A DNA stretch of 64,000 nucleotides from NCBI GenBank assembly GCA_024236095.1, contig JACKLD010000012.1, forward strand, positions 345,219 through 409,218. The letters are read 5' to 3'. Positions within the stretch are counted from its first letter, which is position 1, and each line of letters starts with the position of its first letter. The stretch is from Pseudomonadaceae bacterium. Lineage in GTDB: Bacteria > Pseudomonadota > Alphaproteobacteria > UBA2136 > UBA6156. This document shows, piece after piece, positions 56,844-63,403 of this stretch. A program made the translations under genes and the position numbers. Under the pieces are notes generated by a model. The model worked only from the letters and a program-made list of their open reading frames with translations. It did no database searches and was not told the origin of the DNA.

Positions 56844-58045
56844 TCAGTGCTGAGCAGGGGGGAAACTTCAATGAGACTCCCCGCCGCATGGTCTCCCACT
56901 ACATGCAGCCACGCATTACAGGTGGCTAGGTTAGCCACGCGGTGGGATTCGTTCCCTGTAAGCGGCTGAACCAAAAGACGACCATCTTCACCAACACTGG
57001 TACGCCCACGGATGAATGTCCGAAAGCCAATTTTACCCGCACAGGGGTTAGTCAGAGTCGCTTTGATGGTGTTCATGCCCTGCAGCATCGGCTTGCCCAT
57101 GAGTAAAGGGAACACAACCGCTTGCAGCGCCACGAGTTGGGAGATAGGGTTACCAGGCAACCCAACCAGAATAGCGCCGTTGGGGAACCTCGCTATGAGC
57201 AGCGGCTTGGCAGGCTTTATCGCCAGCCGATGCAGCACAATTGTAGCACCTAGCGCTTTGGCCACATCCGGCACATGGTCGGCCACACCTTTACTAACCC
57301 CGCCCGTGGTGAGGATAAGCTGCACACCTGCATCAAGGGCCTGCTGCATGGCTGCCTGCAATGCTTCCTTGGTGTCTTGGACCTGCTGTGATGTTATCAG
57401 GCATTTATCAAGTTGGTGTAATGCGCTTACCATGCAGTCTCGCGTGCTTTCATACACGCTTCCGGCGGCTAAGTTTTTGTCAATCTCTACCAGCTCGTTA
57501 CCTGTTTGTATAAGGTTAATGGCCACCGGCGCCAACACCTTCACTTGCCGCACACCAGCAGTGCGGAGCAACACCAAATGCTGGGCCAGAAGCCTTGTTC
57601 CTTGAGGTAATATAGGTTGGTTGTGTTTAAAATCTTCCCCCTGAGCTCGGATATGCTGCCCAGCCCGTAAAGGTATATCCCAAAACAGTTTACCTTCCTG
57701 TTCGCGCACATCTTCAACCGGAATAACAGCAGCTGTTTGGGAAGGTACGGGAGCACCCGTCATGATGGCACAGGTTGTGCCTGCCTTAAGGTTAGGGGCG
57801 GCCATGCCTGCCAGTACCGTGCCCGCAATAGTCAACCCGCCCACACCCGCATTTATATCTTTGGCGTGAATCGCCCATCCATCCATGGCCGACATGGCAA
57901 AGCGGGGATTGGATGACTCGGCTAACACGTCTTCAGCCAACACCTGGCCGAGCAGACCCATACCTACATCGCAGTATTGCGACGTGCGGGATAGGTGCAG
58001 ATGCGCCAAGGATTCAGCAGCTTGTTCCCAGGTTGATAAGGCCAT
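56816..58045 (-). CDS. moeA: Molybdopterin molybdenumtransferase
   Basis: 409 aa with SAMDGWA, LILTTGGVSKGVADHV and LPGNPISQ. Confidence 0.9.
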   Translation of the reverse strand: MALSTWEQAAESLAHLHLSRTSQYCDVGMGLLGQVLAEDVLAESSNPRFAMSAMDGWAIHAKDINAGVGGLTIAGTVLAGMAAPNLKAGTTCAIMTGAPVPSQTAAVIPVEDVREQEGKLFWDIPLRAGQHIRAQGEDFKHNQPILPQGTRLLAQHLVLLRTAGVRQVKVLAPVAINLIQTGNELVEIDKNLAAGSVYESTRDCMVSALHQLDKCLITSQQVQDTKEALQAAMQQALDAGVQLILTTGGVSKGVADHVPDVAKALGATIVLHRLAIKPAKPLLIARFPNGAILVGLPGNPISQLVALQAVVFPLLMGKPMLQGMNTIKATLTNPCAGKIGFRTFIRGRTSVGEDGRLLVQPLTGNESHRVANLATCNAWLHVVGDHAAGSLIEVSPLLSTEWRLPPCQA

Positions 58046-58048
58046 GTT

Positions 58049-58588
58049 CTAGCTCCCCTTCAGCATAGTGGCCAGCGCATGGGGCAGAATCGGCCCCAAT
58101 ACCTCAAAGCTTTCTCCAATCGCCTTGGGGTTCCCCGGCAAGGCTACAATCAGAGTATCTCTGTAAATTAGCGCCACACTGCGACTTAGAAAACTGGTGG
58201 GAGTATAGGTGGCGCCATGTGCCCGAATAAGCTCGGCCAAGCCGGGCACTTCTTTGCCACCCAAGCCCAAAAGGGTTTCTGGCGTAATATCCCGTGGACC
58301 AAGGCCAGTACCGCCGCTGGTGATAATCAGATTCGAACCTTCCGCTTGCAAATCATGAATCGCTTGCACAAGTGCCACCGATTCATCCGGCACAATACGG
58401 GTGGTGAGAATCTGGATAGCACCATAGTTACGGAGAGATTCCTCTAACGCAGGTCCCGCTTTATCTTGATATTCACCGCGGCTGGCCCGGTCGGAGAGTA
58501 TAATCCCCGCACAGGTAAAGTCAGCCAACGTGGTATCGCCATGTTTCAAGCGTTCGGCCTGCTGGCGGGCCAAAGGGGATAACGTCAT
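58049..58588 (-). CDS. moaB: MoaB/MogA-family molybdenum cofactor biosynthesis protein
   Basis: Start taken at Met31 of the track ORF, preceded by aaggagcaaaacg. AGIILSDRASRGEYQDKAGP, IITSGGTGLGPRD and LPGNPKA. Confidence 0.85.
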   Translation of the reverse strand: MTLSPLARQQAERLKHGDTTLADFTCAGIILSDRASRGEYQDKAGPALEESLRNYGAIQILTTRIVPDESVALVQAIHDLQAEGSNLIITSGGTGLGPRDITPETLLGLGGKEVPGLAELIRAHGATYTPTSFLSRSVALIYRDTLIVALPGNPKAIGESFEVLGPILPHALATMLKGS

Positions 58589-58749
58589 CGTTTTGCTCCT
58601 TTCTAAGGGGTTGAGAGATCCATCGGTTTCCCCATGAACCTGGCCGGTTATTGCTTCAACCGACGGCCTGATTAGCATAGTAGGAATATCACGTTAGCTT
58701 CTCAGGCTTCAGAGCCACGGGTAGATTGGCATGGTTTAGATTTACCAAG

Positions 58750-58763
58750 TTGATCTGTATCAA
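58750..58763. promoter_or_regulatory. Perfect FNR box in the divergent moaB-operon / hemN promoter region
   Basis: TTGATctgtATCAA. The centre is 39.5 nt from the hemN ATG at 58796. Confidence 0.7.
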
Positions 58764-58795
58764 TCGATGGAATGTTTCTTGGGTCATGCTGCGGC

Positions 58796-60163
58796 ATGGA
58801 ATTCAAAGACCAGCACCAAAGTACCCTTGTTGAAAAATATGATCGGCCCGTGCCGCGTTATACGAGCTATCCAACAGCGGCACAGTTTCAGGATAACATC
58901 TCACCTAACATCGTCGATTCATGGCTGAAAAGCCTTTATCCAGAACAATCACTCTCTCTCTACGTTCATTTGCCATTTTGTCCGTCTTTATGTTCTTACT
59001 GTGGCTGCAATATGCGCGTCACCCACAGCCAAAGCCTGATGCAAGGGTATTTGGCTGCCTTGCGGGATGAAATCACCATGGTGATGGCCAAATTGCCAGC
59101 ACGCATGGCCGTTTCAACCTTACACTTGGGTGGAGGTACGCCAACCTATTATGCGGCTGAAGATTTGTCATCTCTCTTTAAATTTATCGGTCAATACGTC
59201 GTTTTTACCCCAGGTGCAGAAATCTCGTTGGAAGTTGATCCACGTCGGTTCACGCGCACGCAAGCCGCTCACCTTAAAAAAGCCGGCGTCAATCGGGTCA
59301 GCCTAGGCGTTCAGGATACCAACTCCCATGTTCAAAAAGCGATTGGGCGTAATCAGACGCTGGAACAAACAGTACAAGCTTTTCAGATGTTGCATGACGA
59401 AGGCATTGAGGCCATCAACACTGACCTCATTTATGGGTTACCCCTGCAAACTCCAGAATCTATCGCTCAGACAGCCTGCGACGTTGCCAATCTTCGCCCA
59501 TCACGCCTTGCGTTGTATGGTTATGCCCATGTGCCGTGGATGAAGCGCCATCAAAGATTACTCGAACCGCATGGCTTGCCCGATGGCCCAGAGCGTATGG
59601 CACTTTTCATGGCGGCACGTGAAGTCTTTATTCAAAATGGCTATATTCCGGTGGGGATAGACCATTTTGCCTTACCAGACGATCCTTTGGTTTTGGCCGC
59701 CGCGAGAGGCGAACTGCATCGCAACTTTATGGGCTACACGACAGATACAGCCAAAACGCTTCTGGGATTTGGCGTATCTGCCATCAGTTCATACCCGCAG
59801 GGATACGTTCAAAACACGACATCTATTAAAGATTATCTGCATCAGGTACGCCAAAAAGCTCTCCCCATATGGAAAGGTTTACAGCTAACTGAACTTGATA
59901 AATGTTCCGCTGAAATCATTGAGAAACTTCTTTGCCAATTTCAAGTTGATATTGCCGAGGTGGCAGGCATGCACAGCCTACAGCCCTCTCATATCAAAGT
60001 TCATACCCTTAATCTTCATCAAATGATGTCGGACGGCCTTGTGGTGGGGGATACAGAGGATAAAATCATCATCACCGAGCGTGGCAAACCGTTTGCCCGC
60101 ATTGTTGCCTCCTGTTTCGATGGCTATTTACGCCAAAGCGAACTGCGTCATTCACGGCTATAG
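58796..60163 (+). CDS. hemN: Oxygen-independent coproporphyrinogen III oxidase (radical SAM)
   Basis: KYDRPVPRYTSYPTA and LYVHLPFCPSLCSYCGCN (CxxxCxxC). About 455 aa from the ATG at 58796. Confidence 0.92.
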   Translation: MEFKDQHQSTLVEKYDRPVPRYTSYPTAAQFQDNISPNIVDSWLKSLYPEQSLSLYVHLPFCPSLCSYCGCNMRVTHSQSLMQGYLAALRDEITMVMAKLPARMAVSTLHLGGGTPTYYAAEDLSSLFKFIGQYVVFTPGAEISLEVDPRRFTRTQAAHLKKAGVNRVSLGVQDTNSHVQKAIGRNQTLEQTVQAFQMLHDEGIEAINTDLIYGLPLQTPESIAQTACDVANLRPSRLALYGYAHVPWMKRHQRLLEPHGLPDGPERMALFMAAREVFIQNGYIPVGIDHFALPDDPLVLAAARGELHRNFMGYTTDTAKTLLGFGVSAISSYPQGYVQNTTSIKDYLHQVRQKALPIWKGLQLTELDKCSAEIIEKLLCQFQVDIAEVAGMHSLQPSHIKVHTLNLHQMMSDGLVVGDTEDKIIITERGKPFARIVASCFDGYLRQSELRHSRL

Positions 60164-60925
60164 GCCAAACATCCGGCAACGCACCTTATCTCGATCTTTG
60201 CATTTATGCGCATGTACAGGGTCGCAATTAGGACATAGTACGTCCTTGTTATCCAGCTTCACGTGTTTGCCTTTGACATGAATACCCCGTTCAGCCAGAA
60301 CTTTGAGGCAACGGGAGAATGTTTCGGGCGTCAGTCCTAAATGGTTGGCGATTTCAGCCTTTTCATAAGGGAGAGAAAACTCTTGGCGCGGGGCATGGCT
60401 CTCGAGCATAACCCTCAATAAAAAATGAGCCACCCGCTCGACAGCAGGGTGGATGGTGACCAATTCCAGCTGGTACATCATCTCATTTGTTCGCTCGGCC
60501 AAAACACCCATAATATTGATGGCAAACTGAGGGATCTTAGCAATGCAGTCTTTAAGCTGGCTGGATGTGAGTGCCAGCATCGTGACATCCGATTCAGTTT
60601 GTGCCGAGACAGGCGATGGTTTGCCATAAAAAACAACATTCTCTAGAATACTTTCACCTGGCCCTAAGAGACGGGTAATGATTTCCTCACCTTCCTCAGT
60701 ACACCGAAATACCTTAATCCGGCCATCAAGGATAATAAATACTCCAGGCGGTTGATCTCCCTGGTTAATAATCCGCATCCCGCGCTCAAACTTACGGAGA
60801 ATCCCAGTTCCAGCAATCTGGCTAGCCTGCTCCGGGCTCAAATCATAAAAAAGGCGGCTCTTTAGTAAGGAAGCAGAGAGCTTGGGGTCCGTGATAAGTT
60901 TATGAAGAATCGAATTTGTAGCCAT
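60158..60925 (-). CDS. Crp/Fnr-family transcriptional regulator with C-terminal Cys-rich tail
   Basis: cNMP-binding-like fold (GDQPPGVFIILDGRIKVF) and HTH with the FNR-type recognition helix ETFSR. The tail is CPNCDPVHAHKCKDRDKVRC. There is no N-terminal Cys cluster. Confidence 0.85.
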   Translation of the reverse strand: MATNSILHKLITDPKLSASLLKSRLFYDLSPEQASQIAGTGILRKFERGMRIINQGDQPPGVFIILDGRIKVFRCTEEGEEIITRLLGPGESILENVVFYGKPSPVSAQTESDVTMLALTSSQLKDCIAKIPQFAINIMGVLAERTNEMMYQLELVTIHPAVERVAHFLLRVMLESHAPRQEFSLPYEKAEIANHLGLTPETFSRCLKVLAERGIHVKGKHVKLDNKDVLCPNCDPVHAHKCKDRDKVRCRMFGL

Positions 60926-61151
60926 GTGAGTACCATAGCGATATAAATGATCTAGGACAAGTTCTTGGCCTAAAGAGTTGTCTAGAAAAATAGAACAATC
61001 TCTTGCTTATAATAACGAATCTTATAGAGAGGTTTGATGGGAAGTAAGAATTTGCACCCCACCAGTCTCTCTCCGCAGGAGAGTTTCATTTGAATCCTAA
61101 CGGAACGCGGCTTCAAACATGGCCGTGAGGCCGACTCCAAACAAGAGACGC

Positions 61152-61178
61152 AATCCGCTTAGGTCCACCAGTTTATTT
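61152..61178 (+). repeat. Right direct repeat (attR core)
   Basis: aatccgcttaggtccaccagtttattt is identical to 36970-36996. There is no tRNA homology upstream of it. Confidence 0.9.
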
Positions 61179-61338
61179 ACTCGCACACTGCCGTTGACAG
61201 TGATGTTTTTACTTGACAAAGGCCCCCGTTTTTGCCAGGTTTTTGTCAGATTGGCTATGGTCTAAGTTACAGATAATTGTTGGTCGGTTGCCCCCTCCCG
61301 GTTGATTACGTGAGTACGCTTTTAGGTGTATGTTTGAG

Positions 61339-61361
61339 CCGTCTCGCAGGGCGGTTTTTTT
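61339..61361 (+). terminator. Terminator-like hairpin plus T-run with no upstream ORF
   Basis: ccgtc tcgcag ggcgg followed by ttttttt. Confidence 0.4.
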
Positions 61362-61397
61362 ATTCACATGTAATGGAAGGAACGTTATGATATCGCC

Positions 61398-61880
61398 ATG
61401 AAAAAATATGTCTTGCGCGGGGTGGCTGTGCTGCTTGTGGTGTTGGCATTGCCCGGTATGGCGGCTTTGACGGGGGCGGCCCCGGCACAGCTGGTTTTTG
61501 GGGCTGAACTTCATACGTTTGGATTGGGCCGTTGGGCGCATTATTGGTATGAAAAGGCTGCAAAGCAGAATCATCCTGGAGCCATGCATGTACTTGCTTG
61601 GTACAGTCTGACGGGATATTGGAACTTCCCTCAGGATGACTTTGAGGCGTGGAAATGGTTCTTCAAAGGGGGAGTAATGGCCGAAGGAATGGCCGTGGAT
61701 GTGTCCCTTTTGGGGTATCATCACGTATTGTTTGAACCGGGGATGATGTTGGACCTTGCCCGGGATATGCCTGCTGCGACTGTTGAGGAGGAACTGGATT
61801 ATGTTCGCATGCTTTCTGAAAGTGGCGTCCTGCCGTTTACTTTGGATGAAGCTGGGTACCGCGCCACGTTGAAGAATTGA
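61398..61880 (+). CDS. Secreted Sel1/TPR-like repeat protein
   Basis: Signal peptide MKKYVLRGVAVLLVVLALPGMAA. Sel1-like motif AHYWYEKAAKQNHPGAMHVLAWYSLTG. Confidence 0.6.
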   Translation: MKKYVLRGVAVLLVVLALPGMAALTGAAPAQLVFGAELHTFGLGRWAHYWYEKAAKQNHPGAMHVLAWYSLTGYWNFPQDDFEAWKWFFKGGVMAEGMAVDVSLLGYHHVLFEPGMMLDLARDMPAATVEEELDYVRMLSESGVLPFTLDEAGYRATLKN

Positions 61881-61941
61881 CCCCGTGTGAATGACTTAAA
61901 CCAACCCCCTTCCGGGGGTTTTTAACTATGGAGAAACAGAC

Positions 61942-62640
61942 ATGAATGAATACGTAGAAACATTGAAACGACTGAAAACTTTATATAATGTCGTTAAAGA
62001 GTTTTCAGTAAACGCCTTACAAAAGAATATTTTTGCGAGTGCCTTGAAAGAACTGAAACGACAACTTACCAATGGTGAACATTTGCGGCAGGCTTTAACG
62101 ATCTCTCACCAAGCTTTGGAGGATGCTCGGTCTAATCTAAACAAAATGCAACAAACATTGGAGACATCCCGTGAGCTGGAACGTCGCGCACCTTTGACGC
62201 CCGAAGAACATCAGGCCATCCAGAAACTTCAACAGGAGGTTGAAGAGCAGGAGAAACGTGTCCAATGGATGCAAGAAGCTTACGGTGAATTGGAAGGTGA
62301 CATTCAAGAGCGCGAAAAAGACGACGAACAACGACGCATACAGGACATGGCAGGTACGAATGCGCCTTCGGAAGAACCGGAACAAACCCTCGTAGAAGAC
62401 CAACGCTGGCGGGAGAAACAAAGCTGGTTGGTGCGGCTGTTCAAACGTCGGGAGAGTTTGCCGACCAAGAACACCTACCGGGCTCCCACTGAGATGGAAA
62501 AATTCATTCACGGCGGGTCTGGTGGTGGTGAGGTGAAAGTCTCGGCCTATGCGCGACGGACGGGGGACGTGCGGGCCCACACCCGCACCAAAGGGGATGG
62601 TGACCCGACCAACAACCTGTCGTATCGCAAAAAAGCCTGA
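61942..62640 (+). CDS. Hypothetical coiled-coil protein (232 aa)
   Basis: Glu/Gln/Lys-rich heptad-like sequence over the first ~150 aa, with a basic C-terminus. No family recognised. Confidence 0.55.
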   Translation: MNEYVETLKRLKTLYNVVKEFSVNALQKNIFASALKELKRQLTNGEHLRQALTISHQALEDARSNLNKMQQTLETSRELERRAPLTPEEHQAIQKLQQEVEEQEKRVQWMQEAYGELEGDIQEREKDDEQRRIQDMAGTNAPSEEPEQTLVEDQRWREKQSWLVRLFKRRESLPTKNTYRAPTEMEKFIHGGSGGGEVKVSAYARRTGDVRAHTRTKGDGDPTNNLSYRKKA

Positions 62641-62721
62641 ACCACCCGCCCGCGGGCGACAGGGGCTTCGGCACCACCTGTGCCAACCTTCACCATGGGA
62701 GGTATAAGCTGGAAGGTACAT

Positions 62722-62765
62722 GGCGCGCTCAAGCTGGCTCAATCGGCGGGCCTCTTGAGCGCGCC
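62722..62765. repeat. Perfect 12-bp inverted repeat with 20-nt spacer
   Basis: ggcgcgctcaag ... cttgagcgcgcc. Confidence 0.7.
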
Positions 62766-62935
62766 TTCCCGTCGTAGGGTGAGAGTGGAGGTTCCAACCC
62801 GCTTGTGTGATGGATATGAGGGTGTTTGTGGCTTACGTGGGATAGTTCCCCAAAATGGATTTGAACCTAAGCCGCCAAGCGTTCAAGGCTGCGGGCCATG
62901 CTGACGATGTCGCGCATGTACGGGTTCCAATTATT

Positions 62936-62956
62936 TTGAATCAAGTCCACCAGTTT
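62936..62956 (+). repeat. Degenerate third copy of the tRNA-Ala 3' end / att core
   Basis: ttgaatcaaGTCCACCAGTTTta against ttcgaatccgcttagGTCCACCAGTTTat. A 12-nt exact core is followed by a terminator at similar spacing to attL. Confidence 0.45.
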
Positions 62957-62992
62957 TAAGTCATTATTTTACTTCATATCCACCTCACAATG

Positions 62993-63013
62993 CCCGCCTT
63001 TGGCGGGATTTTT
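62993..63013 (+). terminator. Rho-independent terminator following the decayed tRNA-end remnant
   Basis: cccgcc ttt ggcggg followed by attttt. This resembles the hairpin at 37027-37047. Confidence 0.6.
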
Positions 63014-63188
63014 GGGTTGTGAGGACTTGAGAATGATTAGGAAAAAAGGATTTAAAGCGGCTTGTTGGGCTTATTTCTCAGGACGAGGGTTGGGAAGTCC
63101 TCGTTAGCTATAAAATTGGCTTACTGGTATCCTTATCGCAATTCAACGAATGAGAGTTTACTTGCTCAAGATAGAGTGACTACATCCA

Positions 63189-63280
63189 TGGCGCCCATAG
63201 CCGGATTCGAACCAGCACTGGAAGGATGTTGCGCCAGTGGCGCACAACCTGCAAACCCGTCCTCTGTCTCTACCGTTGGA
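63189..63280 (-). pseudogene. 5'-truncated paralog of the adjacent tRNA with the anticodon loop replaced by a 33-nt insert
   Basis: The 37-nt 3' part (63189-63225) is 35/37 identical and the 22-nt D-arm/anticodon-stem part (63259-63280) 22/22 identical to the tRNA at 63288-63363. The 5' acceptor strand is missing. 63226-63258 replaces the 7-nt loop region. Confidence 0.7.
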
Positions 63281-63287
63281 AAGGATT

Positions 63288-63363
63288 TGGTGCCCATAGC
63301 TGGATTCGAACCAGCACTGGAAGGATTTTAAGTCCTCTGTCTCTACCGTTGGACTATATGGGC
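63288..63363 (-). tRNA. 76-nt tRNA, anticodon UAA (Leu codon box) but class I architecture (5-nt variable region)
   Basis: Hand fold of the minus strand: acceptor GCCCATA/TATGGGC, D region TAGTCCAACGGTAGAGAC, anticodon arm GAGGA-CTTAAAA-TCCTT, variable CCAGT, T arm GCTGG-TTCGAAT-CCAGC, discriminator A, encoded CCA. Confidence 0.65.
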
Positions 63364-63403
63364 ACGGCTGGGGTTGTAGCGGAAATGGCGGGACCGGGCA
63401 AGC

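Larger units (their letters stand above)
36970..61178. mobile_element. Genomic island (about 24.2 kb) integrated at the 3' end of tRNA-Ala; serine-recombinase module plus anaerobic respiration cargo
   Basis: Exact 27-bp direct repeats at both ends and lower G+C than the flanks. Single-line hand counts are 44/60 at 16021 against 21/60 at 39721 and 33/60 at 48001. The recombinase genes sit next to the left end. Confidence 0.85.

Noticed and set aside
58589-58678. A 30-codon N-terminal extension of moaB (track ORF start at 58678).
   Set aside because: There is no ribosome-binding site before 58678. A strong AAGGAG precedes Met31, and the MoaB homology begins after it. The extension is treated as the mRNA leader instead.
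60926-61151. An autoregulatory FNR box upstream of the island's fnr-like gene.
   Set aside because: Only weak matches are present (tTGATgggaAGTAA and aTGATctagGACAA), each with two or more half-site mismatches. This is not distinguishable from chance.
62850-62885. A T-loop-like ggttcaaatcc on the minus strand, considered as another tRNA fragment.
   Set aside because: The flanking five-nucleotide arms cannot pair (only 2 of 5), and no acceptor or anticodon arm can be drawn.
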